From: Bacteroidota bacterium
GTDB lineage: Bacteria > Bacteroidota > Bacteroidia > NS11-12g > UBA955
Assembly: GCA_018333525.1 (NCBI GenBank)
Contig: JAGXTF010000118.1
Span: 53,064-117,063, forward strand
DNA length: 64,000 bases
Reading direction: 5' to 3'
Part shown: positions 1 to 9,245 of the stretch, in pieces
Numbering within the stretch: the stretch's first letter is position 1
How the letters are laid out: each line of letters opens with the position of its first letter
The notes under the pieces: model-generated
The model's input: the letters and a program-made list of their open reading frames with translations, nothing else
What the model was told of the DNA's origin: nothing
Database searches by the model: none
Made by a program: the position numbers and the translations under genes

Positions 1-1
1 T

Positions 2-502
2 GGAGGTTTTGCAGTAACTGCGGGTATAGGTTTGGATGAATTAGCCGCAGAATTTGAAAAAAATCTCGACGATTATAACAGCATAATGGCCAAAGCTTTG
101 GCGGATCGGTTGGCAGAGAGTTTTGCAGAATATTTGCATCGGGAAGTGAGGAAAAATTATTGGGGATATGCAAAAGATGAAAACATCCCAAATGAAGATC
201 TGATACGCGAAAATTATTTAGGGATACGCCCTGCTCCAGGGTATCCTGCATGTCCGGACCATACGGAAAAACGATTGTTATTTGATTTTATGGAGGCGGA
301 AAAAAATGCAGGAATTATTCTTACCGAAAGTATGGCGATGTTGCCAACTGCTTCAGTAAGCGGATTTTATTTTGCGCATCCGGATAGCAAATATTTTGCG
401 GTAGGAAAAATTGAAAAAGACCAATTGGAAGATTATGCCAGAAGAAAAGGAATGAGTATTCTTGAAATGGAGCGGTGGTTAAGTCCGGTGTTGGGATATT
501 GA
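2..502 (+). CDS. metH: Methionine synthase, C-terminal B12 reactivation domain (5'-partial)
   Basis: Frame open from window start ([10 protein letters not shown]); [40 protein letters not shown] motifs. Confidence 0.95.
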   Translation, partial: GGFAVTAGIGLDELAAEFEKNLDDYNSIMAKALADRLAESFAEYLHREVRKNYWGYAKDENIPNEDLIRENYLGIRPAPGYPACPDHTEKRLLFDFMEAEKNAGIILTESMAMLPTASVSGFYFAHPDSKYFAVGKIEKDQLEDYARRKGMSILEMERWLSPVLGY

Positions 503-514
503 TGTTTATATTTC

Positions 515-1009
515 CTATTTTTCTGGATTTTTGTGAATATAATCTCTTATGTTTTTGAGATGGTTATAGTCTTTGACGATTACCTCCCAATAATCACTTT
601 GCCATTTAAAATCCGGATTTATTTTACGCGATTCGCGTGAAACACTGGATTTGTACAATCCGACAACCGTAGGTAATGATCCCTTGCCAGGATTCTGAAA
701 TCGTTTTGAGGATTCCTTTGTCGAATGTGGAATATTTGCATTTAATCTGAGGATTCCATGAATATAGTCTGGCATAATTACTAAGTCATCCAGGGTAATA
801 TGTGGGTGATGATCAGGTATGGAAAACCAAATGGTACGGGCAATTTCGCCAACTCTGGTTAATTCTATTTGGCCATTAATTTTTTCACCAAAAAATGAAA
901 TTTTATTGTGTGTACATAAGGTAATAAAATACGTACAAATCTTCCCATAATCCCAATTTTTTCTCCGCAATGATTCCCGGCGGTATTTATTTAAATACAA
1001 ATTTTTCAT
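515..1009 (-). mobile_element. REP-associated tyrosine transposase (RAYT, Y1/IS200-like), probably inactive
   Basis: R.SLR..WDY, YFITLCT, MPDYIHGI (HUH position with H>Y), WQ..Y, YI..NP; likely start ATG 1009. Confidence 0.8.
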
Positions 1010-1113
1010 CGATGCACAAAACAATGGTGAAATTCATTTGGAATCGGATGGCAAACGGTTCTAAACGGATTTATTCGGATATAAACGGATAATGGCGCGT
1101 TGGGGTTTTATCC

Positions 1114-1139
1114 GTAGCGAGAAGTCATGACTTCTCGCT
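1114..1139 (+). repeat. GTAG-type REP-like palindrome
   Basis: GTAG at 1114-1117 overlapping a perfect 24-bp palindrome AGCGAGAAGTCATGACTTCTCGCT (1116-1139), about 105 bp upstream of the RAYT. Confidence 0.7.
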
Positions 1140-1235
1140 CGATAACGTAATCCAAACGTTCATAAATCCCGTTTCGGGAATCAAAATAAAATCATGAATT
1201 GGAATAATTTCCAATCCAATCAATGATTAATTAAA

Positions 1236-2339
1236 TCATTTAAACGGATTGGAATATGCCGGATTGCTGAGGAATTTATTATCCGTCATGGTGAGCAGAT
1301 ATGCCTTTAAATCGGCCTTTTCCTGGGCTGTTAATTTGCGTTGGCCATTGGGCTGGTGTTTTTTCATGATGGGGTGCAGAGTGGGTGAGTTGAACTCCAC
1401 ACTGTCGCTGTAATGGTTTATCACGTCTTCCAGTGTTTTGAAACGGCCATCATGCATATATGGAGCAGTTAATCCAATATTCATCAAAGAAGGAGTTTTA
1501 AAAGTGCCCATATCTCCTGCAATGCCGGTAATTGCGCCAAATCCCTTATCTCCAAAAACAAGGTCTAATCCGTTATTGGCAATACCACCTGCATTTGGAT
1601 TGTTTTGTTGAACCAATTGACCACCATGACAATGGGAGCAATCCGCGCCACCCTCTTCAATAAAATTATTGAACAATAATGCACCACGTGCTTCTGCATC
1701 ATTTAATACGGAGAATTTTCCCGGGAAAAAATCATTGAATTTGGCATCATTAGAAACCAGTGTCAACATAAATTGTTCCAATGCCAGAGACATATCTACG
1801 AGAGTTGGATCCTTTTCAAATGCTTTTTTAAATGCATCTTTATATCGCGTGGAAGTTTTTAATTTATATTCCAGCAATGGCAGGGTCATACCCATTTCAT
1901 TATGGGCCTGAATAGGCTCAAAAACCTGATTTCTCAGCGATTGTTGTCTTGCATCCCAAAAGAATACTTTACTATATGCCAGGTTAAATAATCCGGGGGC
2001 ATTTCTACCGGTTTTTAAATTGTTAATTCCGGTACTCAGTTTGTTGAAATCTGCAAAGGCGTAATCCTGAAAATGACAACTGGCGCAGGATATTGTACTG
2101 TCCATGGACAATATCGGATCGTAAAAAAGCATTCTGCCGAGATAAACACCTTCCTCTGTAAGCGGATTATCTGCAGGCAATTGAGGCATTCCCAGACGTT
2201 TGGGAAAAATGGATTTCGGATCTAATACGTGCACGCCACTATTGGTTTCCGTATTTCCCGGTTTGGGATCTTTTCTGCATGCATAAAAAGCAACAGAAAA
2301 GGCGATGACAAAATAAAAAATGAATGCTATCTTTTTCAT
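1236..2339 (-). CDS. Di-heme cytochrome c peroxidase family lipoprotein (MbnH/MauG-like)
   Basis: Two CxxCH motifs (CASCH, CSHCH), FKTPSL.N...TAPYMHDG; lipobox-like YAC. Confidence 0.9.
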   Translation of the reverse strand: MKKIAFIFYFVIAFSVAFYACRKDPKPGNTETNSGVHVLDPKSIFPKRLGMPQLPADNPLTEEGVYLGRMLFYDPILSMDSTISCASCHFQDYAFADFNKLSTGINNLKTGRNAPGLFNLAYSKVFFWDARQQSLRNQVFEPIQAHNEMGMTLPLLEYKLKTSTRYKDAFKKAFEKDPTLVDMSLALEQFMLTLVSNDAKFNDFFPGKFSVLNDAEARGALLFNNFIEEGGADCSHCHGGQLVQQNNPNAGGIANNGLDLVFGDKGFGAITGIAGDMGTFKTPSLMNIGLTAPYMHDGRFKTLEDVINHYSDSVEFNSPTLHPIMKKHQPNGQRKLTAQEKADLKAYLLTMTDNKFLSNPAYSNPFK

Positions 2340-3133
2340 TGAACTTCTACCAGCGAATAAACATCCAAAGAATTTTCCAATACTTTGCTCATTAATGCTA
2401 CTTCTGTTGTTCCAATACTATGGGAGAAAGATCCGTCAGTTGCAAATGTTATGGTATTGGGATTTACAAAAAACTCATCCATCTGGGTTTGAATTTTTGC
2501 AGTTTTATGCGAACCGGAAACCAGGGTGAAATTTTTCAAAATAGAATAGTTTCTTACAAACATATCCGTTGCAGTATGCAGAGAAACTCCGTTCCAATCC
2601 GGATCTGTAGTAAGTTTTTTATAACCACCGTCGATAGCCTGAAAAATATATCCGGTTGCCCAGCCCCAGTGTAAGCCGGTTGAATTACCATTTAGCGGAT
2701 GATCCGAAGGCCATGCGGTAGGGTCACCATGGTTTATCGCACTATCCAGTCCCAATTGAAAACTGATTCCTTTATAATCTCCCGCCGGGGCATTGGGGAA
2801 ATAAAATGTAGTTTTTTGTCCGACATAATCTACAAACAAATAGCCATCGCCAAGCAATATTTCGGAGTTATCCGTTTTAACCAAAGATACCTTAGAAAGT
2901 ATTTGTGCCAGGTTGTTTATTTTCATTATCTCACCATTGCTGCGTGTGTATTCACCGGTTTTAAAAACCACATCATTACTGCCAAATCTGGCCGTAAAAC
3001 TCAAGGTGATTCCGGTTTTTGGTGTTTCCTCTTTCTTTGGATCAATTCCTGGTTTTTTACATGAGGAAGCAACAGTGATATAACCAATTATCAGGCTTAA
3101 AAAAACATAAACAACTCTTCTTGTACCTTTCAT
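2336..3133 (-). CDS. MbnP family copper-binding lipoprotein
   Basis: FQLGLDSAINH and LHWGWATGYIF (WxW motif); 4-bp overlap with the di-heme peroxidase. Confidence 0.85.
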   Translation of the reverse strand: MKGTRRVVYVFLSLIIGYITVASSCKKPGIDPKKEETPKTGITLSFTARFGSNDVVFKTGEYTRSNGEIMKINNLAQILSKVSLVKTDNSEILLGDGYLFVDYVGQKTTFYFPNAPAGDYKGISFQLGLDSAINHGDPTAWPSDHPLNGNSTGLHWGWATGYIFQAIDGGYKKLTTDPDWNGVSLHTATDMFVRNYSILKNFTLVSGSHKTAKIQTQMDEFFVNPNTITFATDGSFSHSIGTTEVALMSKVLENSLDVYSLVEVQ

Positions 3134-5049
3134 ATTTTCTGAAATTTTAGCGAAGTTACGGATTTATTGGTATAGACTCTTGTAACATAGGTTCCGTTGC
3201 TTAAATCCCCGGTAAAGAGTTCTATATTCTCACCAAGGGCATGAGAGAAGTTGCCGGGAGTTTGAAATACTTTTCTTCCTGCCAAATCGAAAATTTCCAC
3301 CTTTTGTACCAAATTATAAAATGTTAAAATGGAAATTTCATCTCTTGCCGGGTTGGGAGCAATGGTAAAATTCCCCTTATTCAATTTGTCCAGATTCAGC
3401 CCGCCCAGCGAAGCTTTTGCAAGAACTGTAACCTCCGGATCAAATTCTGCCGTGTCTATTGCAAATGGGATATTAAAATAAAATGTTTCGTCGTTTTTTG
3501 TATTATAAAAATAGATAATGGAATCGGTATTTTTATTCTTAAAACGTATGGGAATTCGAAGGTCAAATACTGGTACAGTACTGTTAGAAGGTGTTTGCTG
3601 AATATGAAATTTTACAGTATTTCCACTTTGTTCCCAATTCATTTTTAAATAAGGGAATCCTTCTCCATAATACCATTTATTAAAAAAAGTATCCAGTTTT
3701 TTCCCGCTTTGTTGTTCCATTACCTGTATCAAATCCAAGGTTTTGGCGAAACCATATGCGGTGTTTGCCTGCTGTAGATAGGTTCTGATTGCTTTAAAAA
3801 ATGCATCGTCCCCAACTTTGATTCTCAACATATGCAACACAAAAGCACCTTTGTTGTACGTGAGATTTCCACTAAAAAGGCGATTTACAGTTGCGGTATC
3901 TGTAACATAAATACTTCCATCATCCTGAGAAGTAGCCGCATTTCTGATCCCTGCCATCCGGTTCGTCCAGTCCCATGGTTTTAAGTAGCGGTAACACAAT
4001 GCATTGCAATAGGTGGCGAAACCTTCGTTGAGCCATAAATCGCTCCAGGTGCCACAGGTAACTTTATCCCCAAACCACTGGTGTGCCAGTTCGTGTGCCA
4101 ATAGATCAAAATCATAGGATACCACAAAGCTCATCGTTTGATGTTCCATACCACCACCCCAGGTAAACTGTGCATGTCCGTATTTCTCTTTTTCAAAGGG
4201 ATAGTTGCCGAATAAACTATCAAACAAACGCAAAACCGGAAGCAACTTCGGCACCTCGGTTTTTGCAGTTGCAAGGGATTGAGAAAAAACGTAATTCAAC
4301 ACCTGTACGGAATCCGGCCGATTAAAAAATTTGGCGTAATTGGAAAATTCTGAATAGTTGGATGTTGCCATAGCTACCAGATATGTAGCTACAGGATATT
4401 TATGCTGCCAATGGTAAATGATAGTGCTGTCATTCAAACTGTCGGCAGAAATCAACAAACCATTGGAAGCGGATTTAAATCCGGGTTTGGTAGAAATATA
4501 TATATCCAGCGAATCAATTTTATCGGTGAGTGTTTGTTTACAAGGCCACCAATATGCGGCGCCATATGGCTCGCTCAAAGTATATACAATCGGTCCGGTT
4601 TGGTGGTTGTCATAAACATAATATCCAAAGCCATTTCCAAATTCGGGAATACCGTGATAATATATTTCAATACTGTCGTTGCCCGCGTTCCACCCGCCAG
4701 GTTTAAATGCATAAACTGCCTGATTATTTCTGGTAAAAAGGATTTTGGTACCTGCATGCTTTACGCTGTCCACCACCATTTTCATTTGAAGATCAAATCC
4801 AATGGAATCCGTTTTGGAATGTATTTGCAGTCCGGTGTAAATCATGCCTCTCAAAAAACCACCCTTGGCAGGATTCACGAGCCACAGGCATCTATGGTAA
4901 TGCACATCGTATCCGTAAAATACAGTGGACGATGCCCGGAACCCCAGTAAATGCTGCAATCTTGCCTTTTCTTTGCATATCAGATCTTCATTTTGTGCAA
5001 ATAAATTAGCGCTTCCGAGAAAAAGAATCAGTACTACAATTTTGTGCAT
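3130..5049 (-). CDS. M1 family aminopeptidase with T9SS C-terminal domain
   Basis: GGMEH, HELAH...NEGFA, TYNKG; C-terminal IAPNPA...GTY...KFQK. Confidence 0.92.
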   Translation of the reverse strand: MHKIVVLILFLGSANLFAQNEDLICKEKARLQHLLGFRASSTVFYGYDVHYHRCLWLVNPAKGGFLRGMIYTGLQIHSKTDSIGFDLQMKMVVDSVKHAGTKILFTRNNQAVYAFKPGGWNAGNDSIEIYYHGIPEFGNGFGYYVYDNHQTGPIVYTLSEPYGAAYWWPCKQTLTDKIDSLDIYISTKPGFKSASNGLLISADSLNDSTIIYHWQHKYPVATYLVAMATSNYSEFSNYAKFFNRPDSVQVLNYVFSQSLATAKTEVPKLLPVLRLFDSLFGNYPFEKEKYGHAQFTWGGGMEHQTMSFVVSYDFDLLAHELAHQWFGDKVTCGTWSDLWLNEGFATYCNALCYRYLKPWDWTNRMAGIRNAATSQDDGSIYVTDTATVNRLFSGNLTYNKGAFVLHMLRIKVGDDAFFKAIRTYLQQANTAYGFAKTLDLIQVMEQQSGKKLDTFFNKWYYGEGFPYLKMNWEQSGNTVKFHIQQTPSNSTVPVFDLRIPIRFKNKNTDSIIYFYNTKNDETFYFNIPFAIDTAEFDPEVTVLAKASLGGLNLDKLNKGNFTIAPNPARDEISILTFYNLVQKVEIFDLAGRKVFQTPGNFSHALGENIELFTGDLSNGTYVTRVYTNKSVTSLKFQKI

Positions 5050-5135
5050 GTTTCAATGCAAAGTTCGATAAATTAACAAGTTAAGCTGCAACCCTAGTGT
5101 ATACAAACTGTAATTTTAGGTAGAACGGAATGAAT

Positions 5136-5143
5136 TACCTTTG
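5136..5143 (+). promoter_or_regulatory. Bacteroidota -7 promoter box (TAnnTTTG)
   Basis: TACCTTTG immediately before in-frame GTG 5150. Confidence 0.55.
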
Positions 5144-5149
5144 CAAAAG

Positions 5150-6118
5150 GTGAAAAACAAATGGGTTCCGGCGCTGGTAATCCTTCTGCTGGGCTGTATC
5201 TGGGGAAGTTCATTTATCATTATCAAACGGGGTTTATTGTCATTTCAACCCATTCAGGTTGCCGCATGGAGGCTCACCTTTGCGGGATGGGTTTTGTTTC
5301 CTGTAGTAGTTTTAACATTTAGAAAACTCAAAAAAAAGGATGCCTGGAATTTGTTTTTAAGTGGGCTTCTGGGAAATGCTATACCTGCATTTCTGTTTTC
5401 GGTAGCGGGCACCATGATACCAAGTGGACTAAGTGGAATTTTAAACGCAATGACTCCGATGTTTACCCTGATCATGGGGGTTTTGTTTTTTCAATCCGGC
5501 TATACGCGCAATGGTATTTTAGGAGTAATTGCAGGTATAGTGGGCGCCATATTTTTATTAGCTCCCCAGTTTATGGGCCAGCCCATTAAAGGTTTTCAGC
5601 CATTAGGGGCATTACTTCCATTGATAGGTGCGATTTTATACGGATACAATATAAACCTGATCAAGTTTAAACTCAGCCATTTATCGCCCACCATGGTATC
5701 CGCATACCCTATGTGGTTTATGGCAATTCCGTATTCCCTGGTACTGATTTATACCAATGCCGGAAATGCATGGGTAAAGGATAGCGAATTAGCTTGGCAA
5801 TCTTTGGGCTATTTGGCCATTTTGGGTATTGTGGGTTCGGCTTTGAGTATGGTTATTTTCAATTCCCTTGTAAAATTCACAACAGCTTTGGTAGCAAGTA
5901 CCAACACATTTGTTATTCCGGTAATTGCGGTAATGTGGGGTTTGGTGGACCATGAAAAACTCACCTGGAATATGTTTGTAGGTTTAGGGCTCGCTTTTGT
6001 TGGAATTTATCTGGTTATGTGGAAGAAAGAAAAAAATGATAAAGGTGGAATTGTGAAAGAAAAACAAGATGCAATTCCGGAACAATTAAAACCGGATATC
6101 AATCAAATTCATGGTTGA
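5150..6118 (+). CDS. DMT/EamA family transporter
   Basis: IWGSSF motif, about 10 TM segments in two EamA repeats; start moved to GTG 5150 because of the promoter box. Confidence 0.9.
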   Translation: MKNKWVPALVILLLGCIWGSSFIIIKRGLLSFQPIQVAAWRLTFAGWVLFPVVVLTFRKLKKKDAWNLFLSGLLGNAIPAFLFSVAGTMIPSGLSGILNAMTPMFTLIMGVLFFQSGYTRNGILGVIAGIVGAIFLLAPQFMGQPIKGFQPLGALLPLIGAILYGYNINLIKFKLSHLSPTMVSAYPMWFMAIPYSLVLIYTNAGNAWVKDSELAWQSLGYLAILGIVGSALSMVIFNSLVKFTTALVASTNTFVIPVIAVMWGLVDHEKLTWNMFVGLGLAFVGIYLVMWKKEKNDKGGIVKEKQDAIPEQLKPDINQIHG

Positions 6119-6287
6119 TTATCAATTGATTAAATTATAATAATTACGCAGTTTCAATTACTTTATTTATCCTTTCCGGTTAACTAAATCAGGCATTTTC
6201 TCATTTATTGTTGGTGGAACAAATACCAAGGAATTCACCGAAAAAACGAAAGAAAAATCACTTTAGTACTTACATTCGCAATCCGTA

Positions 6288-7823
6288 ATGGAAATTTCGA
6301 AAGTGATGAAAGAGCTGGGAATACCCAGCAGGCTAGAAAGTGTTGGAACGGGTACACAATGGATTACTGCACTTGGTACTAAAACCAAAGAAATAACCAG
6401 TCCAGTGGATGGAAGTCCAATTTGTTCGGTGGTGTATGCCGGAGTCACCGAATATGAAGCTGTATTAAAAAGGGCCGGTGATGCTTTTCAATATTGGAGG
6501 CAGGTTCCGGCACCCAAAAGAGGTGAAATCGTTCGGCAAATTGGCAACGCGCTTCGTGCGCAAAAGCAAAATTTAGGCATACTTGTAACTTATGAAACAG
6601 GGAAAAGTTTGCAGGAGGGATTGGGTGAAGTCCAGGAAATGATAGACATCTGTGATTTTGCGGTTGGACTGAGCCGCCAACTGTATGGCTTACAAATTCA
6701 AAGTGAAAGGCCCAAGCACAGAATGATGGAACAATACCATCCACTTGGAATTGTTGGAATAATTTCTGCATTTAATTTTCCGGTTGCAGTATGGGCCTGG
6801 AATGCCATGATTGCTACAGTGTGCGGCAATGTTTGCATTTGGAAACCAAGTGAAAAAACACCTGCATGTGCAGTGGCAGTGCAGAATATTTTAAGGAATA
6901 TTTTAAAAGAAAATAATTTACCCGATGGATTGTTTTCCATCATACATGGAGACAAAGAAATTGGGGAATCCATTGCGGCAGATTCCAGAATTGCACTTGT
7001 ATCGGCAACGGGTAGCACCAGAATGGGCAGAAGGGTTTCAGAAGTTGTAGCAAGACGTCTTGGAAAATCCATTTTGGAATTGGGTGGAAATAATGCAATT
7101 ATTGTTACCCAAAATGCCAATATAGACATGGCAATACGGGCAGTTTTATTTGGCGCTATCGGTACTGCAGGACAACGTTGTACTTCAACCCGCAGGGTAA
7201 TTATACATAAGTCCAAATACAGTGGATTTAAGAAAAAATTAATTGCCGCATATGAACAAATTAAAATAGGAAATCCGCTGGAACCTGAAAATCATATGGG
7301 GCCATTAATTGACACAAATGCGGTTGCAGCTTACCTTACCACACTTGAAAAAGTAGTAAAACAAGGTGGTAAAGTAATTTATGGTGGTAACATTATTATA
7401 GGGAAAAAGCATCCGGGAAATTGTTATGTGGAACCAACCCTGGTGGAAGCAGAAAACCATTTGGAAATTGTACAACATGAAACGTTTGCACCTATTTTAT
7501 ATTTAATGAAATATTCAGAGCTGGATGAAGCTATCGCCATGCAGAACGACGTACGACAAGGTTTAAGCAGTGCTATATTCACAGATAATATGCAGGAAGC
7601 GGAATATTTTGTAAGCGCTATGGGCAGTGATTGTGGCATTGCCAACGTAAATATTGGCACCAGTGGTGCTGAAATTGGTGGTGCTTTTGGAGGTGAGAAA
7701 GATACAGGCGGTGGCCGGGAAAGCGGATCCGATGCGTGGAAAGCTTATATGCGCAGGCAAACAAACACCGTAAATTTTGGAGATGAAATTCCGCTGGCTC
7801 AGGGAATTTCTTTTGGAATTTAA
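6288..7823 (+). CDS. Aldehyde dehydrogenase family 7 (antiquitin/piperideine-6-carboxylate dehydrogenase-like)
   Basis: SAFNFPVAVW, LELGGNNA, GTAGQRCT, GAEIGGAFGGEK.TGGGRESGSD. Confidence 0.93.
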   Translation: MEISKVMKELGIPSRLESVGTGTQWITALGTKTKEITSPVDGSPICSVVYAGVTEYEAVLKRAGDAFQYWRQVPAPKRGEIVRQIGNALRAQKQNLGILVTYETGKSLQEGLGEVQEMIDICDFAVGLSRQLYGLQIQSERPKHRMMEQYHPLGIVGIISAFNFPVAVWAWNAMIATVCGNVCIWKPSEKTPACAVAVQNILRNILKENNLPDGLFSIIHGDKEIGESIAADSRIALVSATGSTRMGRRVSEVVARRLGKSILELGGNNAIIVTQNANIDMAIRAVLFGAIGTAGQRCTSTRRVIIHKSKYSGFKKKLIAAYEQIKIGNPLEPENHMGPLIDTNAVAAYLTTLEKVVKQGGKVIYGGNIIIGKKHPGNCYVEPTLVEAENHLEIVQHETFAPILYLMKYSELDEAIAMQNDVRQGLSSAIFTDNMQEAEYFVSAMGSDCGIANVNIGTSGAEIGGAFGGEKDTGGGRESGSDAWKAYMRRQTNTVNFGDEIPLAQGISFGI

Positions 7824-7824
7824 A

Positions 7825-9096
7825 TCAGGATTCGTTTATTTGTTTATTCTGAAAGGATTTTAATTCATTCGCCATTTCGCTGTATCCATGGTAATAATGC
7901 TTTGCAATCAGGTAAGCCTGTGACAACAGAAATACTACAAATGCGAAGGATGCCATTGGCTTTGTATTCAATAATTTTTGTGCATATAAAACATCATTGG
8001 TTACCGCCAAAAGAATAATAATTAATCCCGCAAGAAAAAATACTGCGAGCCTTCTTTTGCGAATTAATGAAAGTGCGGCAATAACACAAAGACAAAGTGC
8101 CAGGGCAATCATAACCATGCGAAACCAAAGCATAAAGGAAGAATAAGTCGACGTGGGAGTAACGATAATTATAATAAAAATGAGGGCACAAGTTCCATAA
8201 ATAATTCGTTTCATATTCACCGGAAAATCTTTTGAAAATACGATACTTAAATAACCAGTTAATGCAATGGGATTCATAAATATTAATAGGTATTCCAACT
8301 TGTAACCCAGTGTAGGAGAGAGATTGGGAAACCATAAATAAATAATTCTTTCACCACGAAAAAGAAGAAAAAAGAAAATGGAAAAACACAAAATGGCAAA
8401 CCACAACAATGCTTTATCGGAGCGTCTCATAAAAAATGTGAAGAAGTGAAACAAGCACAAAATAGCAACTGCCCCTACTATAAAAATTTCCTTTATCAGT
8501 GCATTCTCTCTGGCTTTTATAATATTGGAAGTTGTACCCAATTGCATGTTTTCCCATAGCCCGCCTTCGTGGTGAAAATTATTGGAAACCTGAACCAGCA
8601 GGTCAAATTCACTCGCATTGATGTTGAAAATGGCTGTTTGGGTTTTTAATTCCGGCTCCATTAAAGAAGCATCGCAACTCACGTTTCCAGCACTCGCTAT
8701 CAGATTATAATCGGCATAGATGGCATATGCAGAAGATGCATCGCGCAATTTTAAGGCAAGCGCTTTTTCCTGCTTGTTGAGCTTAACATGTAATTTATAA
8801 GTTGCACAGCCAATACCGGAAATTTTATTACCCTTGATAACGGTATTGTTCCAGCTATGTGGAACTTTCACATAAGCATCAAATTCAGGTGCATTTCCGC
8901 TTTTGAAATTATCGCGAATCAGCAACTGGTTCCAATAAAATTCCCAATTTCCCTCTAAAGTAATGTTGCCATCTTTTTCAAAATCCCAGCTGCTCAGGTC
9001 TAAATAACCATTTTTTACAAGAGGTGCAGGATTCATAGAATCTCTGCATCCGCAAAAAAATAGCAGGGCACATACCAATATGAGTATGGATTTCAT
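7825..9096 (-). CDS. 7TM-DISM sensor protein lacking an output domain
   Basis: LDLSSWDF...LEGNWEFYWNQLL extracellular domain plus 7 TM helices; ends about 25 aa after the last TM. Confidence 0.8.
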   Translation of the reverse strand: MKSILILVCALLFFCGCRDSMNPAPLVKNGYLDLSSWDFEKDGNITLEGNWEFYWNQLLIRDNFKSGNAPEFDAYVKVPHSWNNTVIKGNKISGIGCATYKLHVKLNKQEKALALKLRDASSAYAIYADYNLIASAGNVSCDASLMEPELKTQTAIFNINASEFDLLVQVSNNFHHEGGLWENMQLGTTSNIIKARENALIKEIFIVGAVAILCLFHFFTFFMRRSDKALLWFAILCFSIFFFLLFRGERIIYLWFPNLSPTLGYKLEYLLIFMNPIALTGYLSIVFSKDFPVNMKRIIYGTCALIFIIIIVTPTSTYSSFMLWFRMVMIALALCLCVIAALSLIRKRRLAVFFLAGLIIILLAVTNDVLYAQKLLNTKPMASFAFVVFLLSQAYLIAKHYYHGYSEMANELKSFQNKQINES

Positions 9097-9245
9097 GTGT
9101 TTGGGGTGGGGTGAGTTCCCGTTTACTGAGGTAAATATCAGTAAGGAAAAGGATTAAAAAAATAAATTAGGGAAATATTTCTTGCCGGAAGAAATAGTAT
9201 ATCAAACTTTGCTGCCGGTAAAATTATTAAATTCCTGAACGGGAA

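Noticed and set aside
1040-1090. Loose 10-bp periodic AAACGGAT-like repeats upstream of the RAYT
   Set aside because: Only 3-4 degenerate units with no unique spacers; not a CRISPR array or a convincing iteron set.
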